Below are positions 7,546 through 17,385 of a stretch of DNA of 64,000 nucleotides, piece after piece. Both the position numbers and the translations under genes were made by a program. Source of the DNA: Candidatus Latescibacterota bacterium (GTDB lineage: Bacteria > Latescibacterota > UBA2968 > UBA8231). Below the pieces are notes generated by a model. The model was given only the letters and a program-made list of their open reading frames with translations. It ran no database searches and was not told the origin of the DNA. The first letter of the stretch is position 1; each line of letters begins with the position of its first letter. The stretch is from NCBI GenBank assembly GCA_965248355.1, contig OZ252098.1, positions 352,001-416,000 on the forward strand. Direction: 5' to 3'.

Positions 7546-10532
7546 CTAGAGACCCGCGTATACGGTGACGAAGGCCAGCCCCGCCGTGCGCTGCTCGAGG
7601 TCCGCCTCGACGACCTCCAGGGAACGCCGGTCGAATCGGAGTCCGACCTGGGTGGTGACGGCGTAGCTCTTCCAGGGCCTGCGATTGGCCAACTGAACGG
7701 CGTACACCACGCCGCGGAAGTCCCCGGTCAGGGTGCCGGGCGCAAGCTCCTCCTCGTCGGCCCGCAACTCGGCGAACTGGCGCCCCTCGATCCCGAACTC
7801 GAGGTGGGTCCGTGCCATGAAGGGCATGCGCACGAGCAGGGAGGCGATGCCGTCCCAGGATCGGCGCCGCCTCTCGTCCCGGGAGAAGGGCACCTCGTTG
7901 CGCCACTCGCTCTTGATCCGCGGCGACAGGGACAGCCGCCCCACCTGAAAGGCCAGGTCCGCCTTGCTGATGAAGCCGGTGAAGCCGGAGGTCTCCCGGC
8001 CGTTGCGGGCCTCGGGCCCGAGGGGGTCGAAGAGCACCACGGGCTCTCCTTCCTCGTCCAGCAGGGCGGCGCCCTCCTCGTCGACGGCGAAGGTGGGCTC
8101 CGCGTTCCGCTGCCGCCACCAGTCCCACTTGACCCGGTGCCGCGTCGACCAGCCCCGTGGGCTCGCGTAGCTCCAGTCGGCGGCCAAGCTGTTGATCCAG
8201 GTGTCCTGGGCCGCCAGGGGGTCGCGCCGGGGAATGCTGACGCCCACCGACTGGCCGGCGGCTCCGTAGTCGAGACTGGGCATCATCCACAGGTTGACGG
8301 GGTCGGGGATCGTGTCCCGGGCGAGCTTGACCATGTCGAAGAGCTGCAGCCGTCCCCATCCCGGATCGTCCCGCACCAGCTCGACGAGCCCGTACGGCGT
8401 GCGGTTGGAGCGGTCGGCGGTGCGCAGGTCCTGGCGCAGGTAGCCCGCCGTGAGCTCGAGGTCGGGGTTGACGCGAAGGGTGCCGTGGGCGTTGTAGCCC
8501 CAATGGCCCTTCTTGTAGGGATAGTCGGGGAGGTCGTCGTTCTCGAAGCGCTCGGCCACGCCGTTGTTGTCGAGATCGATGCCGAAGAGGAACTCCGGCC
8601 GGTCGCTGTTGTGGCGCAGGAAGGGCTCCTCGTAGTCGGGGAAGTAGTTGTCCTGGTCGCCGTTGCTGTTCTGGTTGAAATCGGAGATGAGGTCCCCGTT
8701 CTCGTCGTAGCCTGGGAAGACGGCCGGGTCGGCGACACCCACCGGGGTTTCCAAATGGCCCCTGACCGACGTCCCGCGAGGCCGGATGAGTCCACCGTGG
8801 AACTTCCGAGCCTGGTCGGGGTGCCGGTCCTGGTCGTCGTTGTCGTCGACGAAGTCGTAGATCCCCTCGGTCGCCTCCGGCGAGTAATCGATTACGGGGG
8901 TGTCGACCGGCTTGATGCTCGTGGAGTAGGCGTCGTCCATGCCGAAGCCCTCGACGAAGAGCCGCCACGGTCCGGCCTTCTTCGACAGGTTGACCTGGAA
9001 GCCGAGGGCGTGCTCGTCGCCGACGATGCCCGAGAAGCTGTCGTGCTTCTCGAGAAGCGTGCTGGGATACTGGCGGACACTCGTGCTCAGATTGAACTCG
9101 CCGTAGAAGTCGAAGCCCGCCAGGTCGCGGATCTCCGCGGTCAGGCCGGCGACCTGTGTCGCCGTGGGCAGGCCGTAGTCGAAGACGACCTCCTCCGGGT
9201 TCAACTGGTTCTTGACGTTGCCCGTCGACCGCGCCACCTCGAGGAACTGGGGGACGTCGTGGCGGTCGATCTGGCGGTCGGAGGCGACCTCGATGGCGTA
9301 GTCGTTGGCCAGGCGCAGGCGGAAGCGCACGTTCCTGACCCGGGTGACGGCCTCGTCCGCTTCGTCCAGCTTGAGATCGAGGGCCCTCTGCAGCAGCAGC
9401 CTGAAAGTCCGGCGGCCTCGGATTCCCCCTCTTCCGGGGCCAGGGTGTAGTACATGGTAATGCTGTGCTGACCGTCGGCCCGTCGGAAACCGTCCCGTAC
9501 CTCTCCGCCCTCGATGGTGGGGTAGAAGCCGATGCCCCGGCCGCTGATCGTGGTGTCCCGGAGGACGCGCTGGGTCCCGCCCTCGACGTCGACGTCGTGC
9601 CACAGGGAGGTGGTGATCTCGATGTCGGAGTCGAAGAGGATGGGCCCGCCCTCGCCATCCTCGGGCGAGTCGTCCCGCAGCCGCACGAGGAGCAGGTTCA
9701 CGCGGCTGCTCAGTTGTCTTGTGGTCAGGGCCCCTCTGAAGGGATTGCCCTGGAAGGAGTCGCGGATGCCTGCCGCGTTGTGGGCGTTGACGAAGGTGGC
9801 CCCGAGGGTCAGGAAGTCGGTGACGTCCGCCTCGAGACGCCCGGCCATCAGGTTGGTGTAGTTGCTCTGGGGGACGGAGGCGATGCCTCCGAAGATCCGC
9901 ACCACCGGGTCGGAGGGGCGGGCGAAGAGCCCCGTGGCGCGCAGGCGGTTGGACGCGAAGTCCGTCATGACGCCGCTGAAGCCGGCCTTGCGGAACGTCA
10001 TCGGCGTCAGGCTCGCGAAGATCTCGTCGCCCACGGTCAGGGAGTAGCTGTTGTCGCCTGTCGCGTCGGAGGAGATGATGAGGCGGTCGAACCATCCGTC
10101 GTAGCGCCCGAGCTTGGTGATTCTGCTGCTGTCAAGGGTCCGGGCCTGGGTCTGGCGCCAGTCGTAGACCAGCCACCCCCGGGTAACGAGGTTGCCGTAG
10201 TAGTCGTAGAAATACTCGCCCTCCTGGGCCTGACTCACGTACGGCAGGTAGGGCTGGCGGGCGTAATTCGTGTACGACCACTGGCGCCGGCCGTACTCCC
10301 GGAAGAGCTCCTGCGGCAGGTACCACCGCTTGATCGTCGGGTCGAGGGTCTTCATGAGCACCCTCGGCCCGGTGACGCTGTACTGGGAGGGGCCCCGCTC
10401 CTGCTCCCCGAGCCGGTGGCCGTAGTCGAGCTGGGCGCCCGCCGCGACCGAGGTGCCGGCCAGGAGGAGGAGGACGAGGAAACCCCTGCCGGAGTCGTTT
10501 TGCCGGATTCCATCCATGGCGTGCATCCTCAT
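7546..10532 (-). pseudogene. Putative outer-membrane protein, paralog of 12194-15007, interrupted by a -1 frameshift near 9410 (real lesion or sequence error)
   Basis: The N-terminal half (ORF 9201-10532) and the C-terminal half (ORF 7546-10095 from RTFRLLLQ onward) each align by eye to consecutive parts of the intact 937 aa paralog. Confidence 0.75.
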
Positions 10533-12193
10533 CCCTCGATCCTCCGAAGCCGATCCTCGAAGACCTGCACCGGATACTCCTCGCGCAGACCGCGGACATA
10601 CTCCGTGTACCCGCGGTTGGCCTTGCCGATGCGCACGTAGGCCCTGGCGCGGCGCTCCGATTCCTCGTTGTAGGGATCCTTGTAGGCCTCCCGCTCCAGC
10701 ACCTTGAAGACCGAATGCCCCATGGCTACCTCGAAGGGGCCTCCGACGCCGCCGACCTCCACCTCCTGAACCTTCTCGGCCAGGACGGGGAAGAAGCTCT
10801 GGGTGAAGACGCTGACGTTGAGCCGGCCGTCGTGATGGGCGGCCCCCGGGCGCAGGGTATGCTCCGCCGCCAGCGCCTCGGCGTCGGCGCCCTCCTCCAG
10901 CTCCCGCCGGAGGCGCATGGCCATGGTGTCGGAGGCGACGACGATCTCGACGATGGCCGTGTACTCCGGCCGGGTGAACTGGTCCGGGTTCTCGTCGTAG
11001 AACCGACGGGCCTCTTCGTCGGAGGCGCGGACGTGACTGGTCACCTCGCGGCGCCGCAGGGCGGTGACGAGCAACTCCTGCCGCTTGAGGTCCACGGCCT
11101 TCTGGAAGCCGGCGTCCTCCCGCAGCCCGGAGGCCTCGATCTCGGCCTCGATGAACAGCTCGGAGAGGATCCGGTCGCGCAGCAGTTGCGCGATGGCGAG
11201 GCTGTCCGCCTCTCTGACTTCCTTCACCTTTGCCCGGCGCGCCATCTCGAAGAAGCCTCCCACCGTGACCTCGCGGTCGCCGTAGGTGGCGATCACCTCC
11301 CCCGCTTCCGAGTCGCTCAGGTCGGGGCCGGTCTCTGCGGCCTCGGAGATCCGCTCCGCCAGGAGGCGCACCGTCGGCCCGCGCACCTGGACGGGGTAGA
11401 CGGACCGCAGGGAGTCGAGGTACTCCAGCATGCGCTCGTCACGCTTGCGCAGGGCCACCTCCTCGACGACGATCGCCTCGGAAGCGCTCAGGGGGGAGGG
11501 CACCTCGTCGAGAACCATGTAGATCACGTGGAACCGGCCCTCGCGGCCCAGGGTCTCGCGCAAGGGCTCGGTGAAGGCTCCCACCTCGAGGTCGGCGGCA
11601 GCCGTGCTGGCCTCCGGGGGCATCAGGTCCCGGACGAGATAGGTGCCGAAGTCTCCCCCTTTCGGGGCCGTTGGCTCGTGGACCGAGTGTTTTCTCGCCA
11701 GGGCCTTGAAGTCGGCTCCAGCCTTCAGGAGGGCGTGAATCGAGTCCGCCGCGGCCGGCTCATGCAGCATGATGGCGCCCAGCCGCAGGGCCCGGTGGCG
11801 CCCGGTGGCGCGATGGTGCGCCTCCACCTCTTCCGGGGTGATCGTCACCCGGCGGGCGATGTACTCGTGAAAGTGCAGCTTGCGCAGGTACCTGTGCTCG
11901 AACTGCTCCAGGTCGGCCTGCACCTCGGGATCCGAGTCGACCCCGGTGTCCAACGCGGCCCTCAGCAGCAGCTCCCTGTCTACCAGGCTCTCCAAGAGCT
12001 GGCGGTCCCTCTCGTAGGGCGTCTCCCCTTCCTTCATGCCGTCCGGGATGGGCTCGGCGAAGGAGCGGAACTCGGAGAGGGTGATCGGATCTCCGGCGAC
12101 GGTGGCCAGGACGGGCTCATCCGGATCGGAACCGCACCCGGCCAAGGAGATGACAAGGGCCAACCCGGCCGCCGGTACGAGCGGGCGCATCAT
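10529..12193 (-). CDS. Parvulin (PpiC)-type peptidyl-prolyl isomerase lipoprotein, SurA/PrsA-like, two rotamase domains
   Basis: Lipobox LAGC; LATVAGDPITLSEF; GADFKALARKHS...KGGDFG; second domain GADAEALAAEHT...GHSVFKV. Confidence 0.85.
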   Translation of the reverse strand: MMRPLVPAAGLALVISLAGCGSDPDEPVLATVAGDPITLSEFRSFAEPIPDGMKEGETPYERDRQLLESLVDRELLLRAALDTGVDSDPEVQADLEQFEHRYLRKLHFHEYIARRVTITPEEVEAHHRATGRHRALRLGAIMLHEPAAADSIHALLKAGADFKALARKHSVHEPTAPKGGDFGTYLVRDLMPPEASTAAADLEVGAFTEPLRETLGREGRFHVIYMVLDEVPSPLSASEAIVVEEVALRKRDERMLEYLDSLRSVYPVQVRGPTVRLLAERISEAAETGPDLSDSEAGEVIATYGDREVTVGGFFEMARRAKVKEVREADSLAIAQLLRDRILSELFIEAEIEASGLREDAGFQKAVDLKRQELLVTALRRREVTSHVRASDEEARRFYDENPDQFTRPEYTAIVEIVVASDTMAMRLRRELEEGADAEALAAEHTLRPGAAHHDGRLNVSVFTQSFFPVLAEKVQEVEVGGVGGPFEVAMGHSVFKVLEREAYKDPYNEESERRARAYVRIGKANRGYTEYVRGLREEYPVQVFEDRLRRIEG

Positions 12194-15007
12194 CTACTCG
12201 AGTCCCGCGAAGACGGTGATGAAGGTCGTCGTCTGGGTGCTCCCCCGGTTCTCGAGGATGAAGGAGCCCGGGCGATCGTCCTCCTCGACGACCTGCTCGG
12301 TGAGAATGCGCCCCAGGCGCAAGCCGACCTGGGTCGTGAGCTTGTAGCCGAGGTAGTCGGAGGTCGTCGACAGCTGGAAGGCGACGTTGGTCGAGCGCCA
12401 GTCGCCCGTCTCTCGCTGCAACGCCTCGGCGAGAAGGGCATCCTCGTCCTGCGCCAGGTCGCCGAACCAGAGCTGCTCCAGGCCGGCTTCGATGACGGTG
12501 TGGCGCATGACGGGCAGGCGTCCGATGAGTTGCAGGGTGAAGGTCCAGTCCTCCCGCCGCGGTTCCACCTGGGCGAAGGCCTGGCGTCTCAAGTACTCGT
12601 TCTTGATCCGCGGCTGCAGGTCGAACCGTCCCAGGCCGAGGGTGTAGTCGGCCTTGTTGATGAGACCGAAGAGGTCGGTGTCGCTCCGCAGGCGCCGGCC
12701 GTCGTTGTCGCGCGGGCCCTCCTTGTTCTGCCGGTAGGTCTCCCACTTCAGCTTGTGCACCATCCGGAACCGGGGGACGCCTTCGAAGGTGAGCTCGGCG
12801 TAGGCCGAGTTCACCCAGGTGTCCTGGGCGGGCAGGATGTCCCGCACCAGGGGCTGGATGGTGAGCGCCAGGACATGGGGGGTGGGCTCCCGGCGGTCGT
12901 CGGGGATCGTGTCACGGGCCAGCTTGAGCATGTCGAAGAGGCGCAGACGGCCGAGGCCCGCCTGCTGCCAATCGACGGTGAAGAGGGCGTAGTTCGTCTG
13001 GTTCGCCGCGTCGGAGGAAGGCGACTTCTCGTCGGTGCGGCCCAGGGAGAGCCGCGCCCACGGGGTCAGGTGGTAGCCGCCAAAGGCGTTGTAGCCCTGC
13101 CGGTCGGGCTTGTAGGGATAGTCGGGCAAGTCGTCGTCCTCGAACCGGTCGATCCAGTCGTTGTTGTTCAGATCGATGCCGAAGAGGAACTCCGGACGAT
13201 CGACGCGATAGCGGAGGAAGGGTTCGTCGTAGTCGGGGATGATGTTGTTCGCGGAGGCGTTGTCGTTCTGGTTGAAGTCGGAGATGAAGTCGTTGTTCTG
13301 ATCCCACCCCGGGTAGATGGCCCGGTCCCTGGACGCGTCGAAACGGATCCAGTCCGGATAGCTGTCCTGGTCGTCGTTGTCCTCGACGAACTCGTAGAGA
13401 TACTGCTGGGTGTCGTCGTAGACGGTGTTGCCATCGTTGTTGACCAAGTAGGCCGTGGTCGAGTAGGCGCCGTCGATGGAGTAGGCCTCGCCGAAGGCGA
13501 ACCAGGGATACTCTTCCCGCGACAGGTTGACGTACCAGGCGTCGGACGACTCCGACGCGATCTTGTGCTGCTCCCGCAGATTGAAGAGCTCGGCGTTGGG
13601 ATACTGGGAGTAGCGCTTGTTGCGGTCCCACTCCCCGTAGAAGTCGAGGCCGAAGAGACCGGTCCCCTCGATGGTGAAGCCGCCCACGAAATTGGCCGTG
13701 GGCAGTCCGTAGTCGAAGCGGATGCGCCGCAGGTTCGTCAGGTCGGCGACGTTGCCCTCGGCCCGGCGCAGGGTGAGGAGGGCGGGCCGGGCCTCGTCGA
13801 TGACCTCCGAGGTGAGCGGCGCCCGAGGAATGCCCCGGCGGGCGCTCTGCCGGTCGGACCACAACTCGATCTTGTAGTCGTTGGCCAGGACGTAGTCGAA
13901 CTCGATCCTGACGATCGTCGTCGGATCGACTCCCGCGGGCGGGGCGAAGGCCGGGTCGTTGAAGTCGTAGTTGAGGATGATGCGCTCCTCGCCGTCGGCG
14001 GCGAGGAAGCCGGAGCCCGGGGCGCCACCGAAGACGATGGGCCACTGGCTGCCGGGGCGCACCACGTCGCTCAGGGTATAGACCGTCTCGGCCCCCGTGT
14101 CGAAGTTCCGCGCCGTGATGCGCACGTCGTGGCTGAAGAGGGCGGCGCCTCCCCTGCCGTCCTCGGGCGAGTCGTCGCTCAGCACGACGGCGATCGCCGT
14201 GAGGGGGGCGGTGCTCTGCCCCGAGGTCAGGTTGCCGGCCACCGGGTCGCCGTCGAACATGTCGAGGACGGTGTTGCCGTTGGTGGCGTTCACCACGGTG
14301 GCGCCCAGGAGGATGAAGTCGCCCACCTGGAAGGTGGCGCGGCCTCCGAAGAGGGAGGTGAGGTTCGTCCGCCGGGTCGGCGCGGTGACGCCCGCCAGGC
14401 CCTGGGAGGAGCCCCTGATCGGTTCGCTGATGCGCGACGACAGGACCGTGGCATGGTACTTGTCGGAGGAGAAGTCGATCTGCACGCCGTTGAATCCGGG
14501 CTTGGAGAAGGTCATCGGCGTCAGGGTGGTGCGGATGCGGTCTCCCACGGTGATGGCGTAGGAGTACTGCCCCTGGGAGTCGCCGCTGATGGTGACCGCG
14601 TTGAACCAGGAGTTGAAGCGGTTCGCCTGGAAGATGCCGCTGCCCTCGGACTGGGGCTGGAACTGCCGCCAGTCGTAGATGAGCCAGCCGTGGGTGGTGA
14701 AGTTGCCGTAGACGTCGTAGAAGTAGTCGCCTTCCCGGTTCGTTCCCACGTAGCGCTGGTAGGGCTCCCGGGCGTAGTTGGTGTACTCCCACTGCCGCCA
14801 GCCATAATAGTTGAAGAGCTCCTGCGGGATGTACCACTTCCTGATCGAAGGATCGAGGGCCCCGAAGAGCACCCCGGAGCCCTGGGGCGCGAAGCTCACC
14901 TCGCCCCCGCGCTGGAGGCCGAGCCGCGTTCCGTAGTCCTGCTGGCCGAGCACCGGGGCGCCGGAAAGCAGCGCGGCGGTGACGGCGAGAAGCCTGATTG
15001 CCCTCAA
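12194..15007 (-). CDS. Putative large outer-membrane beta-barrel-type protein with acidic Dx[DN]xD-type repeats
   Basis: TTG start with AGGAGGAG RBS; signal peptide; alternating aromatic/hydrophobic beta-strand patterns; ends FITVFAGLE. The fold is an inference. Confidence 0.6.
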   Translation of the reverse strand: MRAIRLLAVTAALLSGAPVLGQQDYGTRLGLQRGGEVSFAPQGSGVLFGALDPSIRKWYIPQELFNYYGWRQWEYTNYAREPYQRYVGTNREGDYFYDVYGNFTTHGWLIYDWRQFQPQSEGSGIFQANRFNSWFNAVTISGDSQGQYSYAITVGDRIRTTLTPMTFSKPGFNGVQIDFSSDKYHATVLSSRISEPIRGSSQGLAGVTAPTRRTNLTSLFGGRATFQVGDFILLGATVVNATNGNTVLDMFDGDPVAGNLTSGQSTAPLTAIAVVLSDDSPEDGRGGAALFSHDVRITARNFDTGAETVYTLSDVVRPGSQWPIVFGGAPGSGFLAADGEERIILNYDFNDPAFAPPAGVDPTTIVRIEFDYVLANDYKIELWSDRQSARRGIPRAPLTSEVIDEARPALLTLRRAEGNVADLTNLRRIRFDYGLPTANFVGGFTIEGTGLFGLDFYGEWDRNKRYSQYPNAELFNLREQHKIASESSDAWYVNLSREEYPWFAFGEAYSIDGAYSTTAYLVNNDGNTVYDDTQQYLYEFVEDNDDQDSYPDWIRFDASRDRAIYPGWDQNNDFISDFNQNDNASANNIIPDYDEPFLRYRVDRPEFLFGIDLNNNDWIDRFEDDDLPDYPYKPDRQGYNAFGGYHLTPWARLSLGRTDEKSPSSDAANQTNYALFTVDWQQAGLGRLRLFDMLKLARDTIPDDRREPTPHVLALTIQPLVRDILPAQDTWVNSAYAELTFEGVPRFRMVHKLKWETYRQNKEGPRDNDGRRLRSDTDLFGLINKADYTLGLGRFDLQPRIKNEYLRRQAFAQVEPRREDWTFTLQLIGRLPVMRHTVIEAGLEQLWFGDLAQDEDALLAEALQRETGDWRSTNVAFQLSTTSDYLGYKLTTQVGLRLGRILTEQVVEEDDRPGSFILENRGSTQTTTFITVFAGLE

Positions 15008-15018
15008 GCTCGCTCCTC

Positions 15019-17199
15019 CTAGTAGGTCACGGCGACGGTGCCGAAGGCCCGCGCCTGTCCCGTCTTCGCGTCAACCGTCACGCTGAAGACATAGTTTCCC
15101 GGCGGCACGATCCGGCCGGAGTCATCGCGGCCGTCCCAGGGGAGGGCGAAGCGTCCGCTCACGTCGTCCCCGGCGTACAGGCGGCGGACCGGCCGGCCGG
15201 ACAGGTCGCGAAGGACGACCTCCACCCGCCTCGGCGCGCCGATGGTGGTCAGGTCGTAGCCGATCGAGGTCTCCTCGTTGGCCCCGTCTCCGTTGGGCGT
15301 GATCACCGCCGGCGCGGCCTTCACGTTGACGAGGAGGTCGTCGGTGATCCCCACGTGCACGGCCAGGTTGCCCGCCACCTGCGAGCCCAGCGGGAGGGTG
15401 TCCCCATCGCCCTCTCCCAGATCGGCGGCGTTGCCGGGGAGAAGGTGCTGTCCCACCAGGGCGCCGGTCTCCGAGTTCAGGGCCTGGCCGGAGAAGGTCG
15501 TGCCGAAGCGGAGCACGGCGTTGTCGAAGGTGACGCGCAACTCGGCCCCGTCCTCGGCCACGGCCGGGAACCCCACGGTGAAGGACTTCTCCTCCACCTC
15601 GAGGATGGAGAAGTCTCCCCGGGCCACGGGCAGGTCCGAGTCCGACAGGGCGCTGCCGGTGAAGTCCGCCGACTGCACGCTGCCGTCGGCCCGCCGGATC
15701 TCCACCGATCCGACCTCCTCCACGCGCAAGGGCGTCCGGATCTTCAACCGGTCAAAACCCCGGTCGCGGCCCGGCTCGAAGAGGGTGCGGACCGCGTAGG
15801 TGAACCAGGTCTTCTCGGCGAGTTCCGTCCTTCGCGGCCGGATTTCCCCGACGAGGGCCCCGGAGAAGGGCCGGGTGAGCACGTCGAAGGCGAGTCCGCC
15901 GACGCCGGTGGCCGATTCGAACTCATCGCTGAGGAATTCGATCGATACCTGGAAGTACCGCCGCGGACTGGGGGAGACGATCGGGACGCCGAGCCCTTCC
16001 ACCTCGAGCCCGTCGGCCGTGACCACGGCCTCGGGAGGATAGACCGCCGACCACTCGCTCCAGCCGGTCACGTCGTTGCGGATCTCGCCCTTGTCCTTCC
16101 GGGCCAGGGCGCCGTAGTCATCCTCGGTCAGGCTGAGCTCTTCGCGCTGTTCGAGGGACAACTCCTCGAAGGTCTGGCTGGCGTCGCGGAGGTCGACGTC
16201 GATGTTGTCCAGGACGTTCTCGACGAGCGCCTTGAGCTCGGCGTCGTCGACCTTGTCGGCGAACTTCCAGGGCACATGGGATTCTCGCGGGGAGAACTGG
16301 CCGGAGATGCGGAAGATGTCCTCGGCGGGGCGGATCTTGCTGAAGATCAGGGGCTGGGGGTCGATCCCCGAGCGGGTGCGCACCCTGATCCGTGAGAAGG
16401 TCTCGTCTCCCACCTTCTCCTGGACCCAGCGGAGGTTGCCGAGCAGGGTCGCCGCGCCGAAGTCGATGATGTTGGAGATGTAGGCCGCCTCGGGGACGAA
16501 ACCGGTCCCGAAGACCTGCAACTCGGCCAGGTCGAATCCGACCGCGGTGAGCGACTTGAGGCGGACGAGCCGGACGTACTGCGCCGGGATGCGGATGTCG
16601 ACCACCGGTTCCTCGTTCTGCCCCTCCACGGCCACGCTCGTCCGGATCGGTCTTCCCTGGCTCGTCGACTCGGGTGTGCCGTCGTTGAGGAAGAGCTCGA
16701 AGCTTCGGAGGAAGTCGTTCTGGAAGGGGAAGTCGGCGGCCGGCATCTCCGGAGCGGCGTTGCGGGGGAAGAAGCGGAAGCGATTGACGCCGAAGCGGGC
16801 GCCGAGGTCCAGGTCGACGATCAGGCCCAGGACCGGGGTCTGGCGGAGATCCAGCCCCGTCTCGCCGTTGTTGTCGATGATCCTGGTGAGATCGTTGCGG
16901 ATGGCCCGGTGGGTGGGAGTGGTGATCTCGCCGCCGCGCTCGAGGGTACCGACCGCGATGTTCAGCTCCGGGTCGGCGCGCTGGGGGAAGATCCAGTTGT
17001 CGTGGCCCTCGACCGAGAAGTCGATGACGCCGCCCGGGGTGTTCGTGGACTTCACGGACTCGCCGCGGATCACCTTCGCCTGGATCCCGCCTCCGCCCTC
17101 CTCCCAGGGACTCCCGGGGCCTCCCAGAATGACGACCTCGGCGGAGGCTGCCGTGGTGAGGACGAGGACGGCGCTGGCGAAGAGGGCGGGACGTCTCAT
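15019..17199 (-). CDS. Exported protein with C-terminal FlgD-type Ig domain (third paralog)
   Basis: Start re-assigned to MRRPALFASAVLVLTTAASA (signal peptide); PAVITPNGDGANEE...WDGRDDSGRIVPPGNYV. Confidence 0.75.
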   Translation of the reverse strand: MRRPALFASAVLVLTTAASAEVVILGGPGSPWEEGGGGIQAKVIRGESVKSTNTPGGVIDFSVEGHDNWIFPQRADPELNIAVGTLERGGEITTPTHRAIRNDLTRIIDNNGETGLDLRQTPVLGLIVDLDLGARFGVNRFRFFPRNAAPEMPAADFPFQNDFLRSFELFLNDGTPESTSQGRPIRTSVAVEGQNEEPVVDIRIPAQYVRLVRLKSLTAVGFDLAELQVFGTGFVPEAAYISNIIDFGAATLLGNLRWVQEKVGDETFSRIRVRTRSGIDPQPLIFSKIRPAEDIFRISGQFSPRESHVPWKFADKVDDAELKALVENVLDNIDVDLRDASQTFEELSLEQREELSLTEDDYGALARKDKGEIRNDVTGWSEWSAVYPPEAVVTADGLEVEGLGVPIVSPSPRRYFQVSIEFLSDEFESATGVGGLAFDVLTRPFSGALVGEIRPRRTELAEKTWFTYAVRTLFEPGRDRGFDRLKIRTPLRVEEVGSVEIRRADGSVQSADFTGSALSDSDLPVARGDFSILEVEEKSFTVGFPAVAEDGAELRVTFDNAVLRFGTTFSGQALNSETGALVGQHLLPGNAADLGEGDGDTLPLGSQVAGNLAVHVGITDDLLVNVKAAPAVITPNGDGANEETSIGYDLTTIGAPRRVEVVLRDLSGRPVRRLYAGDDVSGRFALPWDGRDDSGRIVPPGNYVFSVTVDAKTGQARAFGTVAVTY

Positions 17200-17385
17200 T
17201 GGCTTCGCATCGGCCCCAGCATGGGACCGCACCGGAAAATAGGTCACGGACCTGGACCGCAAGAGGACACCGGGGCATCTGCCGCCCGGCGCGGCGAAAT
17301 TAACGGCAAGAGAGGGCGGAGGGCAACGGTTGCGTGACGGGCGCCCTGTGTCGAATCTCTGCGGAGATCGGAAGCACCTTCCAGC

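Noticed and set aside
7532-9658. 708 aa minus-strand ORF as the C-terminal half of the frameshifted gene
   Set aside because: Arg/Pro-rich off-frame translation; similarity to the paralog lies in the 7546 frame.
10715-15022. 1435 aa plus-strand ORF
   Set aside because: Antisense shadow of the PPIase and OMP genes, which have signal peptides, RBSs and paralog support.
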